The notes under the pieces are model-generated. The model saw only the letters and a list, made by a program, of their open reading frames with translations. It did no database searches and was not told where the DNA came from. Positions 1 to 15,573 of a stretch of DNA of 64,000 nucleotides are shown here, in pieces (positions within the stretch are counted from its first letter, which is position 1; the number at the start of each line of letters is the position of its first letter). Position numbers and translations under genes: made by a program. The stretch is from the NCBI RefSeq assembly GCF_009914755.1, contig NC_060934.1; one strand, 5' to 3'. Source of the stretch: the human T2T-CHM13v2.0 reference genome, Homo sapiens.

Positions 1-1009
1 TATTTTGTGTTGCGTAAGGTCGATTCATGGGTAGCTGACCAGCTTACTGATGAGCAATCCTTGGATTCATGGCCCTTTCAGGAGCAAGAGCAGCTGGCCC
101 TATGTCTGTAAGTTAGAGTCTGTTGGTGGGCAGGGCCAGCTGGGTATGGCATGGTCAGTAGAAGTTGCAGCAGGATGAAGAAGGTGAGTTTTCAGCTCCT
201 GTGGACTGGCTATCTGGCTGGCAATGTTTGTCCTGGGCTACTTAGGACTCCCACATAAGTTCCCTCCTGGCTGTCGTCCTGTATGTAGCTCAGCCTCCAT
301 TCCCAGGCATCATTTAGGCCCTTGGACAGGGATCAGTAAAGTTGTTCACTAAGCGATGGCTAAGGTGTGCTGTTGTGCAGAAGACAGTATAAACGCAGGT
401 GAGAATTCCATCTGTTCTATTTCTCAGGGGCATAGTAGCAAGTCAAGGGACAGCTTGCACTCTCTGAAGAACTAATCAAGATGTTGTAAGGAAGATGTGA
501 CCTGGAGGTCATTTTGGGGAGTTTCGTGGCTGGTGAGTGAGAAGTGATCCCAGAACGAGGAGACAAAACAGAAAAGACAAACTGGAAAAAGTCAAGCATC
601 AGCAGGTTGAACAGGGAAGGATGACACAAAGAGGAAGCGAAGGCCAAGGGAGCTGGTCAGCTCAGAGCCCCGTGGCTGCCTTGGCCCCAGGTTCTCCATG
701 CTCATCAGTGTCAGCCTGGTGCTGGTCTCACAGGGCTTAGTGCTGAGCCAGACAGCCATGGTCCCTCCTGAGGGCTGAAGTGGGGTCTTAGCCCTGGGCC
801 TTCCCCTTCCTCACCCAGCCTCCACTGCTGCTGCGTTGCCCGGGCCTGGGGTAGGAGGTGTGCATGGTGAGGAGGCTCAGGCTGCCTAAACTGAGTGCCT
901 GCCATGTGCCGGCCACTGCTGGATGTGGACACTGCAGAGTCCACTGTGGGGCTCCCTCTCTGCTAAGGAAAATGTAGACAAGACCCGGCAGTGTGGCATG
1001 GCCACGTGT

Positions 1010-1565
1010 GCACGCACATACAGATACACACACACATAGACACATATATACACACAGAAACATATATACACCCACATACAGGCACATACACAGTTACACA
1101 TACACATACAGACACACACATACACAGACACACATATAGACATACAGATGCACATATACACACAGACACATTTGCACACACAAACACACACATACACACA
1201 GTTACACACACGTACACATATAGACACACACATACACAGACATATACGCATGTGTACTATCCAGACACACACATACACATATGCACACGTACACACATAT
1301 ACATACACACATATACACATGCACATACACACGTGTACACATGCAGACACACAGACACATATACACACATACCAACACACACATACACACATGCACACAT
1401 ATATGCACACACATATAGACACACACAGCCACACATACACATACACATAGATACAGACACACATACAGACTCATACGCAAAAAAATACATAGTCACACAC
1501 ACATGCACACATATAAACACACCTACACACACAGACACATACCCAGACATACATATACACACACA
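1010..1565. repeat. (CA)/(CATA)-rich low-complexity repeat
   Basis: Degenerate CA/TA/GA dinucleotide array. Confidence 0.95.
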
Positions 1566-1641
1566 AGGGAAAGACAAAAGGGATTAAAGAATTAGGGATT
1601 TAGGGAAACAGAAGCTTTGATACTCTGTATCAAAAATGTTT

Positions 1642-1993
<352 letters not shown>

Positions 1994-2419
1994 TTAGATT
2001 GGACAAAAGAATCACATCTGAAATGCGTGAAAGAATCACATCTGGACTAGGTGTGCAAGTCTCTTCTAAGTTTAAATTTTTATCAAAGGTATACATGTCC
2101 ACATGTAAAGAGTCGCCTAGCTTTACAAGGGTCAGGATAGAAAACAGTGTTTCCTCCCCCTCCCCACTTCTCCTACCCTCCTCGAAGGGTAACCACCTTT
2201 ACTGTTCTTACTTTTATTGCTACCTCTCCATTTTATGTTTAGTCTTTGACACCCTTCTTTGACTTCCCTCCATGGAAATGAAGGCTTCCCTTTTCCCCCA
2301 CTACCTTCTCACCATGCACTCACAACTTTCCCATCTCTTATTCCCCCGAGTTTCGGTCAGATTAATTTTTAACATTTACTTTGGGAGGACTATAGGAAGG
2401 CCATTCAAAGCTGAGTCAT

Positions 2420-2900
2420 GTAGTCTACTGTGTTGGTTATTGATTTCTGTGTTACAAATTACCCCATAATTTAGCCACTTAAGGCAATAAGCATTTATTA
2501 TCTCAAGGTTCTGGCCAGGAGACTAGGTGTGGCTTAGCTGGGGTCTCTGGCCCAGGGTCTGTTGCAAGGCTGCTGTGAAGGCTGCTGGCCAGGGCTGCCA
2601 TGTCCCCAGGATCAGCAGTGGGAGGCTCCCTTTCCAAGCTAACTCATGTAGGGTTTGCAGGTCGTGAGTCCTTGCTGGCTGTTGGCCAGAGATACCACCA
2701 ACTCCTGACTGCTCAGGTCTTTCCATCAGTAGCCCACAGTGTGGCAGCTGGCTCCCCTCAGAGCTAGAAGAAAAACAAGAAGAGAACAAGATGGAAGCAG
2801 GTCTTTTTGCCACCTAATCTCAGAAGTGAGACTCCATCACCTTTACTGTATTCTATTCACTAGACACGACTCATTAGGTCCAACCCACACTTAAGCCTAG
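2420..2900 (-). mobile_element. MaLR LTR (MLT1-like) fragment
   Basis: Typical MLT1 reverse sequence (ttacaaattacccc...cttagctgggg...ggtccaacccacact). Confidence 0.65.
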
Positions 2901-2904
2901 AAGG

Positions 2905-3468
2905 TTTGCATTAGTTATCTATTGAGCATAACAATATTACCAAAAACTTAGCAGCTTAAAACCACACACATTGATTATTTCATGGTTTCTGTGGGTTGTT
3001 GAGTTGGGCCATTGCTGAGCTGTGCCTTCTGTTCAGGGTCTCGCAAAGCTGCAGTGAAGGTGTTGGCCACGGCTGCATTCTCATCTGAGGCTTGCCCGGG
3101 GAAGAGTCCATGTCCAAGCTCATGCAGGTTGCTGGCAGAATGCAGCTCCCTGTGGTTGTGTGACTGAGCACTTTGGTTTCTTGCTAGCTCCCTGATGGAG
3201 GCCTCTCTTGGCTCTGGAGGGTACCCACAGTTGACTGTTATGGGGGGCTCTCCCAAGGTGGCAGCTTGCTTCTTCAAAGTCAGCAGAGGAGAGAGAGCTC
3301 CAGCAACCCTTATGTAATGGAATCACATGCGTTCATCATCTTTGTCATATTCCATTGATTAGAAGCATGTCACAGGTTCCACATGTTCTCAAGGGGAGGA
3401 GCAATGCAAGAGTGTGAATTTCAGGAGGTGGGGGTTATTGGAGACCATTTTAGAGACTGTCTACCACA
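2905..3468 (-). mobile_element. MaLR LTR (MLT1E/F-like)
   Basis: aaaacttagcagcttaaaacc... ending ctaccaca (reverse of the TGTGGTAG LTR start). Confidence 0.75.
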
Positions 3469-3849
3469 TACACTGTGATTGCTTTTTCTTTTGAAATGGT
3501 TTTAGACACATGAAAAAGTGTCAAAAATAGCACAGAGTCCACATGTGCCCTTCCCTTACTGTTAAATTGTACGTACTTTTCCTTTGTGACACAGCTTTGT
3601 GTTTTCTTTGAAGTGAAACCAAGCTTGATATTTCATTTTCTTTGTTTTCTATATACGTGTTGCTAATAAAACTCTCAATTCTTTCATCTAAATCTCTTCT
3701 TAAGACATGTAGGGACTTCAGGTGTTCTAGCAATTTCATCTCCCTGAAGAGGTCTCCCCTGGAGCCTTCTGACCTGTTCCGTCTGGGCGAGCTGAACTCC
3801 ATGCCCTCTGCACAGCTGTCATCTTGGGATTTCTCCTTTTTGCCATCTT

Positions 3850-4790
3850 GGGGCTCCTCACTGTCTCCTGTTTCTTACTCTTGCTGTTTTCCTCTTTCTT
3901 AATTATTCTCTCATTTTGGTGGAGTTTTCTCTCATTTCTTAAGATTGGTGCATGGGCAGTACATTTTTTTCTTTTTGTGTCCTTACATGTTAAAAATGTC
4001 TTTATCCTGATACTTCCTTGATGTTTTATCTGGATATACTTGTGTAGGGTGAGAGTGCTTTTCCATCAGGAATTTGAAGACATTGCTCTATTCCCTTTTA
4101 GCTTCTAGTGCTGTTATTGAGAGATCTGGTGTCATTCTTATTCCTGACCTTTGAAAATAACATTTTTCCTATCCCATTTGGAAGCCTGTAGGATCTTGTC
4201 TATGATCATGGTGTTCTGACATTTTGAGATATTAATTGGCCTGACACTATGTTTTCTTTTATTAAATAATTGGTGATACCTTTTAATCTTTAAATTCATG
4301 CCCTTTAATTCTGATGCATTTCTTGGGCTTATTTCACTGATGGTTCTCTCTCATCTATTTTCTCGGTTGTTGCTTTCTGTACTCTTATTACACAGGTATT
4401 CAACCCACAGGACAGGTTCTGTAATTTTTCAGTCTTTTCTTTCCTATTATTTCCTCTGTTTATTTTATTTACTCTGTTTTATAGAATATTTCCTCAATTT
4501 TATGTTCTAATCCTTCCATTGCTTTTTATGTCTGAAATCATATTTTTAATTTTTAAGAATTTTGTTCTTTGAGTTACGTTTACATAGTACCTGTTCTTGT
4601 TTCTTCTTTTGTCTCTCTAAAGCTGTTAGTGATAGCTTCTCTTTAGAAAGTCTTTTTTTTCCCCTTCATGCATAGGCTTGTTTTCTCTAAATTGCCTGCC
4701 CCCTTATTTATTTGTATTGGCTTTTATCTTCCTTATTAGAGATTTTCTTCAGTTATCTTGTAATCCGTGATTGTTTCCTAATATTTTAGA
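3850..4790 (-). mobile_element. Old L1M fragment
   Basis: T-rich antisense L1 ORF1-region-like sequence; degenerate. Confidence 0.55.
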
Positions 4791-4799
4791 GTGGGGAAC

Positions 4800-5492
4800 T
4801 GAAACTGCCATTGCAAAATTATGACCAAGACAGTGAAAGAGATCTGACCTGACTGACTCCATCTTGCTTCTAACCTCCAAACTGTCCTCATTCATTCTTG
4901 GGCATGGGCTGAACTAACTTTGGGAGGAACTTAGTTTATAGTTTAAAACAAAGATAATAACAGCCTTTTCCCAAAACAAACCTCCTTCTTGTCTAGGATC
5001 TAGACTGCCTTTGTAGAACTAAGAAATTAGCCACAGGATTAGAAATTACAGTTTAGGAGTCATGCAGCTGGAGATTACAAGATTCTGACCCCCCCTAAAC
5101 TGCTCCTAAGATCAGGGCTTGAGATATTTTGCAGACCCTGCACTTGATGGATCAGCTGGCACCACCCAGATCGATAAACTGGCTCATCTGATCCTGTGGC
5201 CCCTACCCAGGAACTGACCCAGCGCAAGAGGACAGCTTCAACTCCCTATGATTTCATCTCTGACCTAACCAATCAGCACTCTTGACTCACTAGCCTTCCC
5301 TCACCCACCAAATTATCCTTAAAAACTCTGACCCCTGAATGCTCAGGCAGGCTAGTTTGAGTAATAATAAAACTCCAGTCTCCTGCACAGCTGGCTCTGT
5401 GTGAACTACTCTTTCTCCATTGCAATTCCCCTGTCTTGGTAAATTAGCTCCATCTAGGCAGTGGGCAAGGTGACCCCCAGTGGGTGGTTACA
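4800..5492 (+). mobile_element. LTR8-like ERV1 solo LTR
   Basis: TGAAACTGCC...GGTTACA termini, 693 bp, internal AATAAA, near-TSD gaac/ggac. Confidence 0.85.
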
Positions 5493-6521
5493 GGACTATG
5501 AGGCAGATAGACCTGTGTGCATGTGAGTGGAGTGTGTTAACTGTGTACTTTAGAGAAGGACTAATTGGCTACACCATTGAGCTTGAGAACTTCCTTGGCT
5601 GGGCTGCTCTCTTGTCCTCTCAGCCTGATCATGTCCCACAGAAAACTCAACTGAGAGCTCACCTGGGTTGAAAGCCTGACTCTGCATGCTGGGGAGGGCA
5701 TCTCAGCATATATACATTTAATCCCTTTCCTTCATCCTTTTAGTGTCCCTCATACCAGAGACCCTCTCTGTTGTACCCTCCTCTGACTATAAACCTACTG
5801 TCTTTTGCAAAAGTAGGAAGAACTAGGAGCTTAGTTGCTGAAACGGGGAAGAGGACATGTGGCCCTGTTTCTTAAACAAACTTTCAACAAACTGTCTTTA
5901 TTTTAGCCCTTCTTTTATTCCCACGTTTATCTAGATGTACAGAATTTCTGAGCTTCTGGGAAAGCCTGCCTCAGTTTGGTCCTAGGATTTCTCTCTACTT
6001 CCGGCTTGGTCTTTTTTCTACTCCTTATCTGGTTTCTCTCCTTAAAATGTTGTTACAGTTGTAGATCCTTCCAGCTCCCCTATCTTTGAGGGCTTATGCT
6101 AAAAAAAAAGTTATTTTGCTATTGTTTTAGTGCATTTTGTTTTTGAGGAAGAAGTGAAAATAGATGCACATGTTAAATCCACCATCTTTACCTAAAGGTT
6201 TTCTAATAGCATTCAATAATCCATCCTTTCCCCCCACGAAATTAAAATATCGCCTTTGGATTCTGTACCTTGTCAATATTATGTTAATTACCTCGTTAAC
6301 ATTATGTTAATTTTATTACAGTGCCTTAAAAGTGTTTTTCATAACTTCTAAAGCAAGTTCCCCTTTTCTCTTTTTTCCAGAAAATTTTGGATTATACTTG
6401 GGCATTTATTTCACATAATATAAATGTTAAGATAATATGATTTAATTTTAAGCATAAAGCAAGCAATCAAAACGAAAACAAATCAACAACAAAAACCCCC
6501 TAAACCTTATTGAGATATTAG

Positions 6522-7123
6522 TGAAACGGCTACATTGTCTGAGGTATATACCCTGGGGTTCGTCATCGCGCCAGGAAAATTTAGGACACAGACACACAAA
6601 AGGAGTTTAGGAGCTGAGGTTTAATAGGCAGAAGAAAAGAGAAAGAGAAACGACTTAGAGAAAGGAGTCTCCAAGTGGAAAAGACTGGGTGGCAGCGAAT
6701 GCAACGGATTTTATAGCCCGGTTTGAGGAGGTGGTGTCTGATTTATGTAGGCCTCACAGATTGGTTAGATTACTTACAACTTTTACATAGCCTACAAGGA
6801 AGGCTGGTTGCCCCACCAGTCTTGTTATGCAAATGGGCTTTCCAGTTGATCAGGGCCATCTTGCCTGCTCTTCACTGTACAGGTGGCTGACAAAGAGAAG
6901 GAAAGATTGAGCCGCCATCTTGAACATGTCTAGTCCCTAGTTCCTGCCCAGCACTCACCTGAGCGAGCTCCCAGCTTGCTTGTCTATGTTTGCAGCTCGA
7001 CTTTAAGGCTGCTGTTTGTTAGAAAAGGATTTGGGGATGCTTTTCCTTAAAGAGGAGAACCTTATCGAGGACTCCCATACCCTTACTATCTGCCTTAGTG
7101 ATTTCTTCTTAACTCCTATATCA
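6522..7123 (-). mobile_element. ERV1 solo LTR (MER61-like)
   Basis: TG...CA termini; minus strand starts TGATATAGGAGTTAAGAAGAAATCAC; near-TSD ttag/ctag; CCAAT, TATA and ATTAAA on minus. Confidence 0.75.
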
Positions 7124-7334
7124 CTAGTTGGAAAGACATTAAATTTGTATGTTAATTGTTGGGAGAGTTTTTTTATATATATATGTGTATCTATATATAT
7201 GTTATTGTTATTGTCTTTTCATCATAGAATATGCTTCCATTTACTTCAAACCTGTTTTTGGTGCTTTGATTTGATTTTATAGTTTTCTTTATGTGAACCC
7301 TTTGCTGTTAAATATATTGGATATGTTTTTCTCA

Positions 7335-7586
7335 GTAAAGTGTTTGGCTTTTTTTGTGAAGGGCCTGAGAGTGAATATTTTTCACCTTCACTTTTGTGAA
7401 GGGCCTGAGAGTAGATATTTTCACATGTGATCTCTTTTAAACGACCCAGCTCTGCCACTATGGTAAAAGCAGCCACAGACAATACCTAAGTGCATGACCG
7501 TGGCTGTGTTCCAATAAAACTTTATTTATGAAAACAGGCAGTAGGCTGGACTGGTGTACATGGGCTGTAGTTTGCAGACTCCTGAC
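7335..7586. mobile_element. MER58-like hAT DNA transposon
   Basis: ccaataaaactttattta...gggctgtagtttgc hallmark. Confidence 0.7.
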
Positions 7587-7625
7587 ATAGGAGGTCCTTC
7601 ACAGAATATCAATCCATTAATCTGA

Positions 7626-8050
<425 letters not shown>

Positions 8051-9111
8051 GATCACAGTGTGTTTTTAATTGTATCACACATTGCATCTTACCATGCATA
8101 CTTGTGTTCAGGTCTGCCCTGCTCTTGGATTGTAAAATCTTAGGTCTATGGTAGGGTCTGAGCTTTACTTATGCTTGTAACTTTCTTAGCACACTGTCAT
8201 GGGGTAGATAATCAATGCATGTTAAATTAATACATGAAGAGGCAGGAAGAAATGATTTCTTAGAATACATGTGAAAAGGAAGCTGCTACTGCCATTTATG
8301 TATGATGTTAAATTCTGATTAGTTTATATGTGAAGGTGTCATGTCGTTCATTCCTTATCTTTGGTGATAAGCAGGGTGTAGCACTGGCCTTGTGATTACG
8401 ACTTTGACACACTCTGGGTCCTCCCCCATCTGCCTTTGTTGTCGTAAGTGTAGTGGCCTGATCTCCAGAGACAGGACACCTGGCGCCTCTGCAGTCTGCT
8501 TGTGCATTCACAGGGCACACAGCACTCCACCGATGGTCAGGTTCTTGAACTAGGTCAGTCATTTTTCCCATTTGCCACTTGTCTCCTGGAGTAGAAGGGG
8601 GAAGAATTAGAACACAAACATCTAAAAATGCAAGAGAGACCAAAAAGCAAAACATAAACACAAACAAAAAACAGCTTTCTGACTGTCAGCTTCACTGAGC
8701 AGCACCATTCCTTTTTCTGACCTTCAGCGGCATTTCGGAATGGGTAGTGTTACGTGCCAGGGGCACCGGCTTTCTCAGATACGTGTTGTAAATACATACG
8801 CCAAATCGTCAGACCTGCAGTCCACGGTGGGTCAGCTGTTGAACTGATGAATTCAGCCCAGCAACTGACTGAGAAAAGGGCAAGTTACAGTTGAAAACCC
8901 AGGAGGAGAAAGAAAATCCATGCTGCTCGCAAGAAGCAGGGCCATTTTATAATCTATTTTCTCAAAAACAAATAGTGATTGTGTCAAATAAGAATGGTTG
9001 AGAGGAATAGCTTGATACTGTTCTTCCACACATACATCATTCACTCCTTCTCTTCATGACTCTTCCCTGAAGGTCTTCCTTGTGCCGGAACGGTGCGACC
9101 TTTGCTGTTAC

Positions 9112-9992
<881 letters not shown>

Positions 9993-11259
9993 TTACCAAC
10001 ATTGCCGAGGTCCTGACCGTCAGTGCCCTGTACTGAGTATATTTTTCAGAGGCCAACCTTTTCCTTCTCTGCTCCCACTCTATTTAGCTCTCGTGACGGG
10101 TCTGAATACACCATTGTAGCGTTCCCTCAGTTTTCCCCATCAGTAAGATGCAGGAAGACTTAATGGAATCCTCAAGCAGTGAGACTTCCTAGCTCCAGGG
10201 ACTGAAAAACATTAGTAGATATTAAAACTTCCCAATAGCAAATGGCGATCGATAATGATATCATCTCTGTCCTGGGAACTTAGATGCTACTATTACCATA
10301 GTTAAATAGATAATAAATGTAAAAAGTCACCCCTAAGTACTAGACTCCAGCATTTAATTCCCCTTGCCATTTGCTAGATGTTAGAAACTTGGCTAAAACT
10401 AAGGCTTTTTTTGCCCTCAAGAGTTGATGTTTTTACTAAAACAAGTTTTATTGAGATACAATACAATTCACACAGCGTAACATTTACCCTTTTAAAGTAT
10501 ACAATTCAATGCTTCTCATATATTTACAGAGTTGTGTAACTGCCATCACAGTCATATTTCAGGACATTTTCATTACTCCGCAAAGAGCCTCCGTACCCAT
10601 AGAGGTCACTCCCCAGTCTCCCCATGTCAAGCCCTAGGCAAACACTAATTTACTTTCTGTCTCGATAGATTTGCTTCCATTAGATATTTCACATGAGTGG
10701 AATCATATACTACATGGTCTTTTGTGACTTGCTTCTTCCAGTTAGCTTAATGTTCTTGAGGCTGACTTATATTATACCATGTAAGAGCACCTGATTCCTT
10801 TTTATTGCTGAGTAGCGTTCTGTTGTGTGAGTATGGCACTACATTTGTCTATCCATTCATCAGTTGATGCACATTTGGGTTGTTCATACCTTTTGGCTAT
10901 TATGAATCATGTTGCAGCGAAGCTTGGTGCACATGTCTTTGACTAGGACATATGTTTTCACTTCTCTTGGATATATAACTAGGAGAGGAACTGCTAGGTC
11001 ATATGGTAACCATGTGTTGAAAATTTAACTGCCAAACTATTTTTCAAATGCATTGCAACATTTTACATTCCCAGCAGCACTGTATGTTGGTTAATTTCCC
11101 CACATCCTTGTCAACACATGCGATTGCCCATCTTTTTTACTGTAGGCATCCTAGGGAGCGAAGTGCCAACTCATTGTGGTTTTATTTGCATTTCTCTAAT
11201 GACTAACGATGTTGACCATCTTTGTATGTGTTTAATGGCCATTTGCACATGTTCTTTAG

Positions 11260-11570
<311 letters not shown>

Positions 11571-11725
11571 CCTTTGCCTATTTTTAAATTGAATTTTTGT
11601 CATCATATTGTAGAGTTGTAATATTTATATATTTTGTATACTATTGCATTATCAGATATATTATTTGCAAATATTTTCTCCTAGTCTCTTGGCTGTCTCT
11701 TCACTTCCTTGATAGTGTTGTTTAA

Positions 11726-12130
<405 letters not shown>

Positions 12131-12912
12131 CTAACCCAAAGTCAAGATTTATCCCTATGTTTTATTTTAAGAATCTCATAAGTGTTACTTCTTACATTTA
12201 AGTCTATCATCCATTTTGAGCTGCTTTTTGTGCATGGTGTGAGATTGGGGTTCAAGCTCATTCTTTTGAATGTAGATATTCAGCTGTTCTTAGCATCATT
12301 TGTTGAAAATCCTATTTTTTCTCCTTTGCATTCCCTTGGCACCTTTGTTGAAAGTCGATGACCATAAATGTATAGGCTTATTTATGTATGAACTCTGTAT
12401 TCTATTCCATTGATTTTCATGTCTAGTCTTACGCCAGTACCACAATATCTTGATTGCTGTCACTGTGTAGTAAGTTTTGAAATTAAGAAGTGTAAGTCTT
12501 CCAACTTAGTTCTTCAAAAGATGATATTTATTTTAAAATAAAGGGCTGTTTGTCATATAATTTGACTGTGTGTTGGAAAATACTTTTAGATTTTGAGAGG
12601 CTTGCATAAGTTAGTCAATATTCTTTCATGGAGGAAAAAAGCTTTCTGTGCCCAGCTGTTCAACAACAGGAAAATTCTATAATATGTTTTCTCATTCATT
12701 TGGAGTGGGCATGTGAGTCAGCCTTTGGTTGGTTGTTGAAACCTTCTTGAAGAGCCTTATTTCAGAAGTTTGATTTGCTCAATGGACGTTTATCCATCAT
12801 TTCCTCCATGTCATGGCCTGTGCTAGATGCTGGGAGAGAGAGAGAAAGGAGACACAATTGCTTTCAGGATGCTCACAGTAGAGCAAGGAACGAGTCACAA
12901 TTTTAGAGCTGA

Positions 12913-13262
<350 letters not shown>

Positions 13263-14908
13263 ATTAAAGCTGAATTTCTGGAGACTGTCAATGTAAACTC
13301 CCTTGCTTTGTAGATATGAAAAGGCAGCCTAGAGAATGACAGCTTTGGGTGAAAGCCATAGTGTCCCCACAAGTAAATAATGGTGAGCAGAGTGCCTTGC
13401 ATATAGTAGGTCCTCGATAAATATTCACCGTGATTTACTTACTAGATGGTATGTAAGCTAGTGGTTGGAATATTTAAACATAAACACACAGACTCAGAAT
13501 GTTGAGAATGTGCTCAATTCCTTTCTGCAGTGAGTTTTAAATTTAAAGATTCCTTTGTGCTCCCTGCCTAGCCTGGAGCTATTGCTGCGCTCTTGGCAAC
13601 ATCCACCCGGCTGAGCCCAGCAGCCCTTGCCCTGGAGACAGAAATTGCCCCCTTTTTTTTTTCCTTCTTTTTATTTTTTTTTGGCACAGGGTGTCTTGAG
13701 ACAGGTTGAATAGCCACCCTGGAGTTTTGCCAGAGCCACAAGATGAGGAAGGTCAAGAGGCAGAAGAGAGCAGGGTGAGGAGATGGGGGTGGAGGAGAGG
13801 AAGTTTGACATCATGTGGCTTGAATGGCTCAAAATGCTGAAATGCCAGCATTAGTTCAAGCAATTTAGACTTTCAGGAAGCCTGGCCTTTCCCCCTAGAG
13901 TCGTTTGTTTAGTCCTGTCTGGTGGGCTTGGCTGGCGGATTCCACAAACTCATGATCAAAAAGTTCTCCAGGCAGAACAGAGATGTGGCCTCCATTCCTA
14001 CAGGGTAGACAATCAATTCCAAGGGCCCAGCATCTCCTATGAACCCAAGGTCACTCAGATCAAGTCCCCAGGGTGGCAAATGTCTGGCATCAATCGGGGG
14101 TTGGGGGGGCGGACACTGAGTTTAGTTCAAGGAAGTATTGCCAGATTTTGTGTGTTCTTCTGTGCCACTGATGGATTTGAATGAATTTGAACATGCTGCA
14201 CGGTTTGACGCACGTCAGAACTGAAAGAGAAGGCAGAGTCCAGGTGAAGAGCAGGAACGTGGCCAGATTGCCCAAGTTAGAATGGGGCTCTGTTACTAGC
14301 CAGCTGGAGATGTCGGCTGCTGACTTGGTGTTCTCTACCTGAGTTTCCTCATTCAACACTGAATCCCCCGGCTCTGCCCTTCTTTCATCTGTAGCCCCAG
14401 TACCTTTTAGCAAACTATGTAATTTACTTGTTTGCTATGTTTGTGATTTACTGTCTGTCTTCCTCATCTCCTGCTCTGAAAGGACAGACATCTTGCTTGT
14501 TGTGTTTTGATGCATTCCAAGATTCTGGAAGACTTGGAAGACAGCAGGTGGTCCATACACATTTGTTGAATGTGAGTAGTCACAGTACCAACCTCGCTGT
14601 GTTGTTATGCAGGTGAGATGACTTAATACTGTCATATACGCAGGGCAGTCCCAGCCCTGAGCAGTGTGCCCTGAACTATATTTCAACACACAGCGAGAGC
14701 TGGATCTCTCGAGCAATCCCACGTCCCGTGTCTCGGCAGGCCCAGGACAGTTCTGCTTTTAACCTGTTTCCTGGAGTAATTGCTAACAGTGCTTCCTTTC
14801 AGAAAAAAAAAAAAAAAAGGCTCATTTTAGCTAGTAAATTATATGGTTTGGCTACATGTAAGTGTTTTTACTCATTCATTTAAGAAACTGAAAAAAAAAA
14901 AAAAATCT

Positions 14909-15047
14909 GCCAGCTGGCATGCACCTACAGTCCTGGGTGCTCGGCAGGCTGAGGTGGGACGATGCTTGAGCCCAGGGGTTCAAATCTAGCCTGGGCGACA
15001 TAGAAAGACCCCACTTCTACAAAAAGCAGAAGAAAGAAAGAAAAAAT
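14909..15047 (+). mobile_element. Alu monomer (FLAM/FRAM-like)
   Basis: Single degenerate arm with A-rich tail. Confidence 0.75.
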
Positions 15048-15128
15048 ATTGAATGGGTACCATGTTAGATGCTAAGAACAACGACCATAGTTCGTTCCCT
15101 TTTAGAGCTTACTGTCTTCTGGAGAACT

Positions 15129-15573
15129 TGCAAAATTAAATAATTCAAATTTAAAACTGTTGGAACTTTATTCTGAGCCTTGAGAGAAATGGACTGAGTC
15201 ACATAGCATGCCGTTGCAACTTCTGCTTTTTCCCGTAAACGATTAGGAATGACCGAGTAGCACCAGAAATAAGACCCTCTGAGTGGTGACCCCTCAGAAC
15301 ATTACTCTTGTCCTCACAGAACATTACAGCCATCTTCCATGGAATGGAGCAAGCCACCCTAATCAAATCGCTATGACATGTATCTAGCCTTGCACGGAAA
15401 ACATTGCAACCTGCCGAAACCATCTCTACCTATGTAAGCACAGCCTTAGCTTCCCCACTTTAGAGCATGTCCCTTTGGGGTCTGTGTTTTCCGGGTGACC
15501 GTTCTCAAGCTCTGTACTCAAATAAACCCCATACTTCATCATATTTTCTGTATCACCTTATTTAAGGTCAACA
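15129..15573 (+). mobile_element. ERV1 solo LTR (MER65-like)
   Basis: TG...CA termini, perfect TSD aact (15125-15128 and 15574-15577), AATAAA near the 3' end; family name tentative. Confidence 0.7.

Noticed and set aside
788-1587. His/Thr-rich and Cys/Val-rich ORFs up to 198 aa (similar ones at 21.5-21.9, 27.6-28.1 and 45.4-45.9 kb)
   Set aside because: Translations of CA/TG repeats that lack stop codons in several frames.
8308-8667. 119-aa minus-strand ORF with a hydrophobic N-terminus
   Set aside because: Non-ATG start, the N-terminus is the pyrimidine tract, no recognisable homology, and it is out of frame with the phase-0 PRKCQ donors.
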